The notes under the pieces are model-generated. The model was not told where the DNA came from and ran no database searches. It worked only from the letters and a program-made list of their open reading frames with translations. A DNA stretch of 63,374 nucleotides, filler included, from Octopus bimaculoides (lineage: Eukaryota), in NCBI RefSeq assembly GCF_001194135.2. It is 10 parts of 9 records of this genome, joined end to end, with 100 filler letters (N's around TTAATTAATTAA, not from the genome) between each part and the next. Parts side by side here need not be neighbours in the genome. Positions count along the whole stretch, not along the records: positions 1 to 13,234 come from NC_068981.1; positions 13,335 to 15,497 come from NW_026337820.1; 8 more parts are not named here. One strand, written 5' to 3'. Shown piece after piece: positions 1 through 14,587 of the stretch; position 1 is the stretch's first letter; each line of letters begins with the position of its first letter. A program made the position numbers and the translations under genes.

Positions 1-292
1 ATATATATATATATATATATATATACATACATACATATATATATATACACATACATACATGCATACATACATACATACATACTTACATGATACTTACATA
101 CATATATGCCCACTCAAACACACATTTTTGAGAGAAACTCAGTTGTAATGGATTAGCGTTTTATTCCGGTGGGTATTCGCTAATGACGATTGTATTAATA
201 AGTAATGCCACTTGTTCTCTTCTGTGGAAGCAGAAATTCGCAATCCAGTATTAAATTACTTCTAGTTAAACAGAAAAGTTGAAAAATCCGTA

Positions 293-347
<55 letters not shown>

Positions 348-461
348 ATAGTAGTAGTAGTAGTAGTAGTAGTAGTAGCAGCAGCAGCAGCAGTTGTTGT
401 AGTAATGGCACTTCATAGTAATGTTGTTTAAAAGATTTATAGATAGTAACATTTGGAAACA

Positions 462-500
<39 letters not shown>

Positions 501-2171
501 ATTTTAGTGTTTTAACTAACATTTTCGATAGTCAAAAATCATGTTATGAAACATGTTAACAGTCATAATATCAAGTGACGCTTATGTTGATAATTATAAT
601 AAACATGACTGACAACATTTTGAATTAACAATGTAATTAATTGATGCAATCAAAGCACGAATGCTTTGGTAGTCATGACCATTACCGATTAGATCAATTA
701 TATCTCTTATTATCATCCATATAAAATCAGATATGCATTCTCATAGTTAATTGGTACGAAACTATCAACCGATACTTCATTTCTTTCTTTGATATCTCTT
801 TGCTTTTTTCTATCCTTCTCTGTTCACTAACTCCTTGTCTTTCATGTCTATCTTTTCTCCTCTCTCTCTCTCTCTTTCTCTCTTTTCTTCCTCTGTTTAC
901 CTTTATCCACCAATTTTTACCTCTGAATTTCTCTGTTCCTCATCGAGACTGTTTGCTATGGTACACTGCTAGTCTAATATCCTTGTGCAAAGAAAACATT
1001 GAATAAATTGAAATTAGTGAGGGAAAATATGACGTTTCGTGTTTCCGGCCTTCATCAAAGAGAAATAATTTTAAATTAGTTAATTTTCTACAAGAGATGA
1101 TAACACACTGGAATTTTCATTTATCTGAGGACTGTACTATATATGAACAGGCGAAATAGAAATTCCATATTCAATGAATATTTTTATTTCTGATTTAATG
1201 CATTGATTATTTTTCCTAAAACATTATTTCATTATGCTATTTCGATTATATCCTTGATTTAATCTTATATATCTACAATTTCATTCCATAGGTTGGCGAA
1301 AATACAACTCGAAATATTACTTATTTTTGGTACAAATTTGGGGCATGCTCTTTAAATATCTTAAAAGTTCAACAGTCAATCGCACGTCATGACAAGAAGA
1401 ACAATATCATAGGGGTGCTTTATAGTTATAGTTAAATATTTGCAACATAAACTGAATTAATAGAAAAGAAACTATAGACCCTAATAACATTGATGTATTC
1501 TGCGGGGATATTATTGGAGAGACATGAACTAGGTGAAATTTTAACCAATAAATGCAGTTTTTTTGTTGTGGAGTTCTAGGCTGTTGGAACAGCCCTGTCA
1601 CCAATTTCGTTCCAGCTATACCTTTCATGTTATCTGGTATTGCTTTCTCTAGCACATATTTTCTTTATAAAGCATTCTTTTTTTATTTTTAGGAATATGT
1701 TGCTACTAATCTAGTAGGTTCAAGTAAACACTTCTTGGGGAAACAAAGGGACTGTTTTACGAAAAATAAAACTAGGCTAGTTGTTATTCATATTTAATGA
1801 ACAATGTGGCACATGCTCGAAAATTATAAAATCTTTACTAATGACTTTGTGATATAAAATATTTTCTCATATTCGTGGTTTACTTGGTTAAGGTATACAT
1901 TTTTGTCATTAGATCTTTGAATCTAAACTTTAAATGAGGTTGTATTATCTCCATACAATGCCAAAAACATATCACAGAAATGGATATACATAAATGTGTG
2001 ATGTATGCATGCATATATGTGTGTAAACACGCATACGCACTCATGCACACACACAGTGACGCACACACATATATATGTATGCATTTGTGTGTATGTATAT
2101 ATGTGTGTGTGTCTGTGAGTATATACGTGTGTGTGTGCGTGTGTAATTATGAATATATATATATATATATA

Positions 2172-2220
<49 letters not shown>

Positions 2221-3120
2221 GTATATGCATGTTTATACCAAGAGATTAAGAGAGAACACATATCTATACCACATTAGTCATCTCACTAACAATCTCTATA
2301 TTATATTATTACATGTAGAGTTACTTCATTGTTGATTGATTGACGCACAGATAGGAGCTGAGACTCATATATGTATATCTAAAAATACAAAAAACTATAG
2401 AAATACAAATAAATAGAAGGATAGATATTCAAAGAGATAAATAGATAGATCAAAACTTCAGTGTACCTCAGCTGATATTTCCCATCATAGCAAATTTACC
2501 ACTGCTGAACAAATATCCGGTAATATTCTTGTTATTATTTATCATAACGCAAATAGATATATCGAAAGAAGTGTTCATCTTCAATAACATAGCTCATACT
2601 AGCAAACAACATGGATAGCTTTTGTCATACATAACGTATCACACGGAAAGATCTGTCACATATATATGAATACATATCCTTCTCATATATTTATTTATTT
2701 AGTGACTTAATTTATATTTATGTATTTATTTGTTTGTTACTATATTGTATCAGAGTCATTCTTATTTGCGTATAGTCGTATCATCGTGCTGATAGTAATC
2801 GGAATGTCATACTCGAATTTCCCCATCTTTTGTATTGTGGACATCTACATAACGCTTTTGACATTGACTTTTATTCTGTATTTTGCCACAAGGAGAATAC
2901 AAAAATATACATTAAAATAAAAGAATGTACTAAAATAATTCGGTATGTAACGTATGTAATACAAGAATTGCATAATGCTATTAACAAAAACCCAAAAGTA
3001 TATATAGGTGTGTGTGTATGTATGCATAAATATGTATATATATATATATATGTATATACATATATATTAATATATAAATAAATATATAATCTGCGATGAT
3101 TTTATATATATGTGTGTATG

Positions 3121-3188
<68 letters not shown>

Positions 3189-3483
3189 TCTGTGTGTGTG
3201 TGTCAGATAACGAAGGACAAGTAGAAAGATGTTTCGTTTGTTGATTGGTCTGATGGTTGGTTGATAGAGGGAGAGAGTGGGGGGAGAGAAAGAGAGAGAT
3301 AATAGGGGTAGAAGGTGATAGGTAGAGATATAGGTAGAAGAGGGGAGGCAATAAATTATAAACGTATCATAGAAGAAATTAAAGCATGTCATATTAGAAA
3401 AATTATTCGAAAAACAATGAAAATGGTCGGATAAGATCGTGAGTCATCTATTGGAAACGTATTTTATTACACAGACACATGTT

Positions 3484-3517
3484 AAGTTAAGGAAATAAAT
3501 ATTTATTTCCTTAACTT
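3484..3517. repeat. Perfect 34-bp palindrome with no loop
   Basis: aagttaaggaaataaat|atttatttccttaactt is exactly self-complementary. Confidence 0.95.
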
Positions 3518-5115
3518 TTCGAACGCGAAAAGAAGAATGGTAAAGTTCTTTTTGGCAGTATTTGAACTCTGAACGTAAAGGTTCGTAATGACAATAATAT
3601 AGAACTGAGACACAAGTCCGTCAGTTTTGAAAAGAGAGTGTTAATCGATTAAATCACTTGACTGGTACTTTAATTTTATCAACCATGGAATGATTAAAAA
3701 GAAAAAAAACTTTACTGAATTTTGCGTGATCTGAACTCAGAACCACAAGGATTGGAAGCAAATAAAATAAAACGGAGACTTTTTTTTCTCTTTTCCTTCT
3801 TTTTCTCTGTTCGCCGCTTTAACGATTCTGCAAAAACGATCGCCATTAAATTCATTACTAACCATAATTGTACCATAGCCAACCATTGGTGTGTTCTTTC
3901 TTTGTTAAGCTGTAGAAACATCTATTTAGAAAAAAATTGAATAGAACATCAAATAAAAAATAGAAAATATAACAAGATGGATTTACAGGAAATTTAACAT
4001 TTTTTTGTTCCACTAATTAGATTATTGCAGTAACTTTTCTCTGATTATCCATTTATTTATCTTAGCTTATTTATAGCTTGATTGTGTTCATACTTTTTTT
4101 TCCTTGTTTCACCTGTTGTAGTACTTCATATTGTAATGTTCTATCTGTGGTAATTATATTGTCTTTAATGTTATTTCTTTCGTGGTAATTATGTATTGCT
4201 TGTTGCTCGCATTTTGTTATTATTTTTTCTATTGTATTAATGTGCGAAAGTACATATGTTTGAAATAATGTGTCTCTGTCTATATATATATATATNNNNN
4301 NNNNNNNNNNNNNNNNNNNNNNNNNNNNNNNNNNNNNNNNNNNNNNNNNNNNNNNNNNNNNNNNNNNNNNNNNNNNNNNNNNNNNNNNNNNNNNNNNNNN
4401 NNNNNNNNNNNNNNNNNNNNNNNNNNNNNNNNNNNNNNNNNNNNNNNNNNNNNNNNNNNNNNNNNNNNNNNNNNNNNNNNNNNNNNNNNNNNNNNNNNNN
4501 NNNNNNNNNNNNNNNNNNNNNNNNNNNNNNNNNNNNNNNNNNNNNNNNNNNNNNNNNNNNNNNNNNNNNNNNNNNNNNNNNNNNNNNNNNNNNNNNNNNN
4601 NNNNNNNNNNNNNNNNNNNNNNNNNNNNNNNNNNNNTTCTTCTTCTTCTTCTTCTTCTTCTTCTTCTTCTTCTTCTTCTTCTTCTTCTTCTTCTTCTTCT
4701 TCTTCTTCTTCTTCTTCTTCTTCTTCTTCTTCTTTGTCTCAGCTTTTAACCCTTCAGTCAACTACATCAAGGATCCAAGAATTAGGCATGGAACGTAGCT
4801 CCATCATCCCTTCACTATCACATAATAGAAATGGTAATCAAGCAAGCAGTATGCATGTATGTAGTATGCCTGCACGTATGTGCGTTGTATTAATGAAAAC
4901 GTTAAATTGTGCGAGAGTNNNNNNNNNNATATATATGTATATATAAGGCAATGTACTCGCTAAAATCAAATGATGAGAAAGATGACTGGAACATTATCAT
5001 AAGACTACGCAAGGGGTGGCCTAAAGATAAACAACTATAAAGATAAAGACTAGAAGGTCAACAGCAATTGTAACAACAACAACGACAACCGATCAAACTG
5101 AGCGAACAGCAATAA

Positions 5116-5230
5116 CAGTCTTGCCCAACGTGGGTCATAAGTCCCACCTGGGAAAAATTGTCGTGGGGCGTGAAATCCAGACTTTTTTTTGTAGTGGGAC
5201 ATGGGATCGTGAAAATCGTTTTTTCACAGC
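5116..5230 (+). mobile_element. hAT-like non-autonomous element, 5' end fragment
   Basis: Starts CAGTCTTGCCCAACGTGGG...CCTGGGAAAAATTGTCGTGGGGCGTG, a CAGTG-type hAT terminus. The same family occurs inverted at about 53060-53140. Confidence 0.5.
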
Positions 5231-6374
5231 AAACATACTACACTTATACTCAACCTAACCAAACCAATCCCTCCAGCCAAGCGTACTGTGTGAAGACTGT
5301 TTGCTATGGTACACTACTAGTCTAATATCCAAGTATGGATGTTTCTTTAAGGAAAGTATATAATTGTGAGTAGTCGACAAAAGAGTTACCGTAGATTCTT
5401 TTGTATTAAATGAGTGTGAGAAAATAAGTTTGGAAATACTGCTCTATAATATAGTGACTTGGGCAAGCTTTTTCGATACGAGTGTCGCATGATACCTGGG
5501 TCGTACTATTAAAAGCATTCAAGCTAAATTTTTCCTTTGGGCGTGCCATTCAGAAAATCCATCGCAACACAGTTTGTTCACGACTGCTCTATATAGTTCT
5601 GCGACTTCTAAGAAATAGCAGCTAAATCACCATAAAAAAAAAATTATTCGAATATCTGAGAAAAATGTGAAGTGAGAAAAAAGAATGGGCTAGATATAGG
5701 GTTAGATATATATAGTATGACTCAAGAAAGGTAGGATGCTCGCGGCTAGAACGCCTTCGAGGTATCTTGAGCAGTTCAATTCAGACCCCAAGAGAGGCAA
5801 ATAGCAATAACGTCAACAACATCAACAACATCAACATCAAATTCCATCACTGCTGGCACTAACATTAGCCATCAGAACTAAATATATTATACGTGAGATT
5901 CAAGCTTACAAAGGAGAGCAAGAAATAAACAAAATAATTATAATAAAAAGAATATTTAACAAAAAATTTGCAAAATTAGTAAAACTAAATAGCAAAACCT
6001 CAACAATAACAAAATATATGCAGTAAAGTCTCAACTGGTAAGTTGAATAAACAAATAGAAGAGCTAAACATAGAAGCATTCATGGTTAATGTTTTCAGCT
6101 AGCATAACAAGCAATAAAAATTTTCTGCAATTGAAGAACGGACCATGTTAACATACTAACAGTGTACATGTGACTAAATGCACACACACACGCACACACA
6201 CACACAGTCGCGCACACTCATACACATACACACACACACAGACGCACACTCATACACATACACACACACACAAATATGTATGTGCGCGCGTGACTGTGTA
6301 TACATATAATTTTGGTAGTTGTAACTCCTGCGTATTCTGCCAAATGTTTGGGCGAGTTTGTGTCTGCACGCGCA

Positions 6375-6482
<108 letters not shown>

Positions 6483-7096
6483 TATATATGTGTGTTTGCA
6501 TGTTTTTCGTATACGCATATACATATAACAAATGTACGAGTATAATATATGCATATATGTAACACACATACATATATATATCCACCACTATTCTTCACAA
6601 ACATGAGTTATATTTTTTTCTACTAATGTGAACAATAACACAGTATAACATAGTTGTAGATCTGGTGAAGTATTATTTATTGATTGAATATGAAGGGAAA
6701 CAGACATATTCAAAATAATTAATACATGTGTTTCTCTGTGCTGTGCGTTTGTACTTGTATATGCATCTACGCATATATATATATATACATATACATCTCA
6801 TATATATACATTCATGTAAAGCACAATCTGATACACATTCAGGCTCACGTTTTGATGTACAAATTGGACAAATTTTCAATAAGGTCACATGAACGAGGAT
6901 ATGGAAACCACAAACTAGAGTTACTTCCGTAGTTGATCAGGAGTCCATACATAATTCCATGCACGCATGCATTCATGCTTTTGTATACATGTACAAACCT
7001 GTGCGCCAATCTCGAGAAGTCGAAGTTGGGAAACTAGAAAAGCCGTAACTAATTAGGAAATTAGGAAATTACAAATCAGAAATATTGTATTCTAAA

Positions 7097-7139
<43 letters not shown>

Positions 7140-7345
7140 NNNNNNNNNNNNNNNNNNNNNNNNNNNNNNNNNNNNNNNNNNNNNNNNNNNNNNNNNNNNN
7201 NNNNNNNNNNNNNNNNNNNNNNNNNNNNNNNNNNNNNNNNNNNNNNNNNNNNNNNNNNNNNNNNNNNNNNNNNNNNNNNNNNNNNNNNNNNNNNNNNNNN
7301 NNNNNNNNNNNNNNNNNNNNNNNNNNNNNNNNNNNNNNNNNNNNN

Positions 7346-7378
<33 letters not shown>

Positions 7379-9811
7379 AATACATATATATATATATGTG
7401 TGTGTATCTGTGTGTGTTCCTATGCATGTATGTATATGCATACACTTATATATATGTATATATGTATATGTACGTACACACACACAGACACACATGTATA
7501 TATATACAAATATATATATATAGATGTATATACTCATACATACATAAATACATACATACATTTGCCCATCGAAGTCTTTGATAACTTTCTGCATCTTCCA
7601 TATGTGGATGATTGTTCAGTCCAATTTATCTTGTCCTTCATTTGTTGATCCATTGACGACAAGACTTTTTCTTAACACCACAAAAGAAGCAACCGAGAGG
7701 GTGGGTAAACAAACGCCACTACTGTCTCTTTGTTCTGCATAACGTCAATCCTCGCGATTAAGCACCCTGCGGACGTGGCTGTATTTCCTCGTTGAGGATG
7801 CTAATGATTTCATGACCACTGCAATGACAACGATCACATACGTGATTCAAGAAACATGATGCACATTGCATGAGATACCTGCACCATGGAGTATTAGATG
7901 GGTTTGAGGTATCATTTACAATGTGTAGGAGATAGGTTCAGTAGTAAATGTGGTCCAAGACAACTGGGATATCATATTAGGTGCCGGATGCCGGATATGA
8001 GGACTGTGGGAAACCTGTTTTCAACTGATCGCTAGCTTATCTAGTTTTCTTTTTTTCGGGTGTGGTAGTATTGTTAGTTCTCTAAAAACCATATACACAT
8101 CTCCTAGCTATGATTTGAGACGCACAATATGTCCACCACTCTCATGTAGTCATGCACTACGAACGTCCAACTAATTTATGTTGGATATATCCGTCCATTA
8201 ACAAAATTATGTTTATTATTTTATCCCGCTTCTGACAATGTTCCACACCAGGTTAACCAGGTGGGTGCGCAATCTTTTGTCAACTAAGAACAGCCATTTA
8301 ACAAGCTGTGATCTTATAGCCTTTGTTTTTTTTTTTTCTAAAAGATCTTTGTTTGAACTCTGGAGACCTGTTCTTTCTCTTAAAGTCTTAAAAACACAAC
8401 CTGATGAATAGAATATATATACATACCATACATTACGTACATACATACATATATAAATACGTGCGTACATATATGTAAATGCTCACATACATGCACGCAT
8501 ACAAACATACATGCGTATATATATATGTACATACACACATACATACATGCATGCATACATACGTGCATACATACATGCGTACATACATACATACATACAT
8601 ACACACAATGAAATGGTTTAAGAGTTCCAGTACCCATTTATACTGCCACCCACAATGAATTACCTTCTATGGTATTGTAAAGTTGTGTTTTGATGTTAGG
8701 CATGTATATATAATTAGATAAAAGTTAAAAGAGACACAATCTTTACGCGTTTCTTTACACTTTTATGTTGTTTTAAAGCAGTTTTCATAAATTTCAAATG
8801 ATATCAAAATAAAACGTGTAGCACTACACTAACAAAAGCAATACTACATCCACAATCACCAGTACACACACACACGCACACACACACACACACAAACATA
8901 CACACACACACGCGTACGCGCAATGTGAAATAATCATACATAAAATAAACACTGATGCTATTAAAATGAATAATTCGCGTTGGTAGGTTTCCAACCGTTC
9001 CATATGTAACTTTAAAAAACACTTATTATTTTCATTCTCTCATGTGTATGTAAATTATGTAATTTAATACTGCTGAACTAAGGGAATAAAGTACCAGAAC
9101 AGTAATGTGCAACAAATATATACATTATATAATGTGATCTATGTAGAAATAAATAAATATTAGCTTCAACGTTTTGAAATAATAATTGCATTATCATGAT
9201 TTTGTCTCCGTGACAAATAAATAATTTTCGTCTTTTTTGTTATTGATGGTTATGTTAGGGTTAGTAATGGTGTTTAGATTACATTGAGCCAAAGATCAAA
9301 AACATTTATGTCATAAAAATCCGGCTCTTTGTTTCCTTCGGGAAAAATGGACTACCGTGCACATTAATCAATCTTGTCCTTTTTCGAGAGACTAGATTAT
9401 GTCTTGAAGAATATCTAGGTATCGTTTATTGTAGGGTGTGCCGCACGCAGAGAATTCTTCATTGACTCATTACAGATTCACTTCAACTTTAGCAGAGTAT
9501 CTGTTGTTAGCTAAATGTTGTAGCCACTGTTAGAGTTTTGCTGCCATTAGTAGTGACAGAGGGTGGGGAGCTGATAGAATTGTTTGTACGTTAGACAAAA
9601 TGCTTAGCGGCATTTCCTTCTGGCATTTTACGCTCTGAGTCCAAGATCATTTGCCTTTCATCTTTTAAGGCCGGTAAATTATAGTACAAGTTGGGAACTG
9701 GGAAGAATGTTATTGGGCAACCCCCACAGAATTTCAAACCACGTGCCTATACTAGAAAGGTTAATTAGTGATGGAAGGTCACGTGCACTCACCCATATAT
9801 ATACACAACAC

Positions 9812-9870
<59 letters not shown>

Positions 9871-9989
9871 TCTGTATGTATATATATATATATATGTATA
9901 TATATATACACACACATATATATGTATATGTATATATATGTATATATATGTATACATATATATATATATGTGTGTATATATAAATATAA

Positions 9990-10000
9990 TGATGATGATG

Positions 10001-10033
<33 letters not shown>

Positions 10034-10070
10034 GTAGTAGTAGTAGTAGTAGTAGTAGTCGTAGTAGTAA

Positions 10071-10104
<34 letters not shown>

Positions 10105-10118
10105 CGTAGTAGTAGTAA

Positions 10119-10156
<38 letters not shown>

Positions 10157-10180
10157 ATTTCTCACAATACCATCACCACC

Positions 10181-10271
<91 letters not shown>

Positions 10272-10306
10272 ACATCATCGTCATCATCATCATCATCATC
10301 ATCATC
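9990..10306. repeat. Compound trinucleotide microsatellite (GAT)(AAT)(AGT)n followed by (CAC)(CAT)n
   Basis: Seen directly; it is the source of the homopolymer-amino-acid ORFs. It is representative of dozens of (CA)n, (TA)n, (TACA)n, (GA)n, (TAA)n and (CTT)n tracts in the window. Confidence 0.97.
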
Positions 10307-11726
10307 TTCTATTGTACCTTGTTTCTGATACACCTTCACTCTCAATGTAACGTACGTTTTAGATAATATTCGTTCCTATTATATATTTCCTGTTATGAGT
10401 GAGCGGACTAAATTCTGTGTTCGAGAGTTTCCCCCCCAATAAGCTAAATGCCATACAAAGAATCGACACAGTGCATTGCTGTATAATATGTGTTTATGTA
10501 TGTGTGTGTGTTTTATCGATCTCACTGTAGCTACCATTATCGGATTGCTGTCTGGTTTTTGAATCTCTGCTTCGAACATATTTGTAGATCTTGTTTTCAG
10601 CTTCATTCATTTTCAATATAATTTATTTATTTATTTGTTTGTTTATTTATTTATGGATGTATTTAGTTGTTATACTGCAAGTCCATCGCGATACTTGTTG
10701 AAAGCGATGTGAGGCCTGCAAAATAGTGAAATAAAACGATTGTAACTGGTATGTCGGAAGTTTTATCTCATGCACTACGATGCTTGTAACTTATATTTTC
10801 AACAAGTTTTTCCATTTCCTTTCGTGGTGAGGGCGCTTTGAGAACGACAGAGATTGGTCTGTTATATTTATGTCCCTGTATGTATGATCAAATCTACTAG
10901 TAACTGGATATGAACCGATACTCAGTTATTGTTGCAGTAGCCATAACTTAATTCTCAGTCAAATGATCCATCTAACTTATGCTGTTATATACAAAATTTT
11001 TAAAGGAGAGGAAGCGGTGCGCCGTTATTATCATCGGTAGCAATGTGATATCGATCTCTTCCACAGGCACAAAGTCTCAAATTTGGCACAATGAAATTTT
11101 AATTGTTCCTAATAAGTGACGGGATGGCCACTCAGGTCTGAATTAACGCAAATTCACAACCATACATTCAGCTGTGTTTCACTTGTATAGATTTCACTTT
11201 TCTCACTTATTTTACAGTACTTGAAAAAAGCACAAGTGTTAGAGTATTTCGTTTCATGTTCTCAATACACCTAATCTGAGAGTTTAACAATGAATTGATA
11301 TTGGGCTTGCGCTGATTCAATTTTTAATTGTAAAAATCATCATCTAGAATAGGCTAACTGTTTTGAATATCACCGCATTCTAGTTAAAAACAACTAAACT
11401 TTTAACATTTATCATAAACATAATAAATTTATTCATCAGTATTATTATATATGTGATCCAATATCACCAACAATAACGCCCCTTGTTAATGTATTACTTA
11501 TGCTACAACACACAACATATGGTGTTTTTGTAATTTTTAATTGTTACATGAATTTGTGATTAAAATATATAAAACGTCATTGTAAAATAGAACTACGGGA
11601 TACTGCAAGACTATTATTTTCCTTATATGGGAATTGACAAAGACAGAACCATGTGGTTATAAACTGTGTGGTTATAAAGTTCGCTAAATGACTATGTAGT
11701 TTCTGGTTCAGTTATACCGTGCAGCA

Positions 11727-12114
11727 GAGTGGAGGCGCAATGGCCCAGTGGTTAGGGCAGCGGACTCGCGGTCATAAGATCGTGATTTCGATTCCCAGAC
11801 CGGGCGTTGTAAGTGTTTATTGAGCGAAAACACCTAAAGTTCCACGAGGCTCCGGCAGGGGATGGTGGTGAACCCTGCTGTACTCTTTCACCACAACTTT
11901 CTCTTACTTTCTGTTTCTGTTGTGCCTGTAATTCAAAGAGTCAGCCTTGTCATACACTGTGTCACGCTGAATATCCCCGAGAACTACGTTAAGGGTACAC
12001 GTGTCTGTGGAGTGCTCAGCCACTTGCACGTTAATTTCACGAGTAGGCTGTTCCGTTGATCGGATCAATTGGAACCCTCGACGTCGTAAGCGACGGAGTG
12101 CCAACAACAACAAC
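11727..12114 (+). mobile_element. Full-length tRNA-derived SINE with 13-bp target-site duplication
   Basis: A-box TGGCCCAGTGG at 11741, B-box-like ATTTCGATTCC at about 11785 and a (CAA)n tail. ATACCGTGCAGCA flanks both sides (11714-11726 and 12115-12127). Confidence 0.9.
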
Positions 12115-12894
12115 ATACCGTGCAGCACCTTGACGAAACGGCTTCTACTGAAGCACTGGACTAACCAATGCCTTGTGAATGAATGTGTGTGAGAGTGAGA
12201 CTGGCATGTATGCATGGACTCTTGATCAACTATGGACGTAACTCTAGTTTGTACCCCAGCATGAGAGTCGTCTAACGAATGAATCGAGCTAAAGAATAAA
12301 AGAATATAAGTTTGGTATCGCAAACTGATTACTAATTGTAGTCTAACGCATAAACAGAATTCTCCCCACACCCGTCTTTTCACAATGGCAAACACCAACC
12401 CTTGAGAGGATGCTGAAGGTTATTAATCGAATATTGTATTAGAGCGGAGACGAGACATCATAATAGAGTAAAGAAGACATTAAATTAAATAATAAAAGTA
12501 AGTAAATACACACCATAGATATGAAAGATAAGATTAAACTCTAATCATCAATATCTCTCTGCAAATACAGAATTTGATAATTATTCCACGAAGTCTGTAA
12601 ACAGAAGTTAACGACAGAGCAAAGTTATCAAACGTAGTAAAGTAGATACATATCAAACGGTCATTAATAAAGATAACCTATGACATGATAATGATTTATT
12701 ATAGTTACTGACATTTTTTTCCCTCATGTATGCATATACTGTATTTTTTTTTTTGTTTTATTTTCCGAAACCAGGCGAGTGTCTTAAATAGATTACTTTC
12801 TTAATGACCACACACTCTCCATTTCTCTTCTCTTTTCCCCTCTCTATATAGACATACATACAAACACACACATACACACACACACATACACACG

Positions 12895-12927
<33 letters not shown>

Positions 12928-13362
12928 GCAAACATAAATGAGTGTATATATATATGTGCATGAAGTGTCGCTTATATGAAAATATTTCTCCCAGCGTTCA
13001 GTATTTTCCTCTCGTTCTGGTCTAACGACCCTCCATGTTTGTTTTTTTTCGGTTTCCTTGTATGTCTCCACTGTACTGTTTTTTTTCCAAAATTGACCTT
13101 CCATAAATTCTAAATTTTATTTTAGAATTTATGGGAGCAACAGTCTTTGAAGACTCATATGGTCGTGGAATGCTCGAAATGAGGAGTAGATAAACAGCCG
13201 ACAACTGAAGAGGGGCCGTTTCTCTGTGTTTACTNNNNNNNNNNNNNNNNNNNNNNNNNNNNNNNNNNNNNNNNNNNNTTAATTAATTAANNNNNNNNNN
13301 NNNNNNNNNNNNNNNNNNNNNNNNNNNNNNNNNNGTATATATATAAAAACTCTGTATTTGGA

Positions 13363-13637
13363 ATGACCAATTGTAAAGACTTCGATTTTACTCATTGGCT
13401 ATTGGAATCTTATATGTATAACATTCTGCCTAAATAATGAATTTACAAATACAACGACCAATTTGAAAGAGTATTGGATTTTACTCATAAGGTATTGGAA
13501 TCGTATATGTATACAATTCTGCCTAAACAATGGATTTATAGATACAATGACCAATTTTAAAGAGTATTGGATTTTACTCATACGGTAATGGAATCTTATA
13601 TGTATACCATTCTGCCTAAACAATGGATTTACAAATA
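13363..13637. repeat. Minisatellite, about 93-bp unit x3
   Basis: The unit gaccaatt...ggattttactcat...ggaatc...attctgcctaaa...ggattta restarts at 13363, 13454 and 13547. Confidence 0.9.
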
Positions 13638-13814
13638 AAATATCCCTGCATATCTCACATCTATTTTCGTTCCTCCAATTCACTCACTATCTCATATCTT
13701 ATCTAAATTAACTGTTGCTTAAGCATCCTCTTACACCGTCTCCGATGGAGGGATATAATAAATATCCTGGAAACAGCTGTAAGACCTTCTATTTATAAAT
13801 GTTCTGAAATACAC

Positions 13815-13868
<54 letters not shown>

Positions 13869-14049
13869 GTATATAAATATTACATATTTCATGCGTACAT
13901 ATATATGACGTACTCTCTCTTGTCGAAAACGACGTATGAGCATTAATTTTCACAAAACGACCGGCACAAATGATTTGTTGAAAGTAATCAAATGTTCGTG
14001 CTGCTCCTTAGCTCACTCTCTCCATCAAATCGACGTTGTCTGAATAGGT

Positions 14050-14202
14050 GCACGGTGTATTACGCGCCAGGTGTGGAAGTGATCGTAAAGCAACGTGAGA
14101 TGAAGCGTTTGCTCAAGAATGCAAAGCACCATCTAGGTATTGAAATCACGATCTAGCAATCGTGAGTGCAATACACTAACCACTAAGCCATGCGCCCTCA
14201 CT
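14050..14202 (-). mobile_element. tRNA-SINE 5' portion, related to the 11727 family
   Basis: The reverse strand reads GTGAGGGCGCATGGCTTAGTGGTTAG...GATCGTGATTTCAATACC (A/B-box head). Confidence 0.7.
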
Positions 14203-14538
14203 CCTCACACATATAAACACACATTTGTATATAGTTAATCCAGGAAAACGAAGAAAAAAACACAAGAGGAATCATTAACGCAAGGGCGTGGTACAGGCAA
14301 AATATTAACAGACGCTCAGGGAAGGAAAAAAAGGTAGTTATATGATTCGAGCAATGTTCTTCTTAAGAAACTGGAGACAGAGAACAGTCCAAAAGATAAG
14401 GAAGACAAGGAAGAAAATCGCCAACGATCCACATGTAGTTACATTTTGAAATGTATATGTATATGTATTCATATATATATATATATACGTGTGTGTGTGT
14501 GTGTGCGCGCGGGCTCGGCGCGCGTATGTATGTATATG

Positions 14539-14587
<49 letters not shown>

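Noticed and set aside
7690-7800. TCCTCGC resembling HDV ribozyme loop L3
   Set aside because: P3 closure and the P1-P1.1 register do not fit the nested double pseudoknot.
11727-11800. tRNA gene
   Set aside because: The tRNA-like head continues into a SINE body, tail and TSD; there is no complete cloverleaf.
13279-13290. TTAATTAATTAA islands inside N runs (also near 15542, 37796, 39765, 42084, 46987, 55912, 58211 and 61456)
   Set aside because: Identical six-frame-stop spacer centred in gaps; a scaffolding artefact, not biology.
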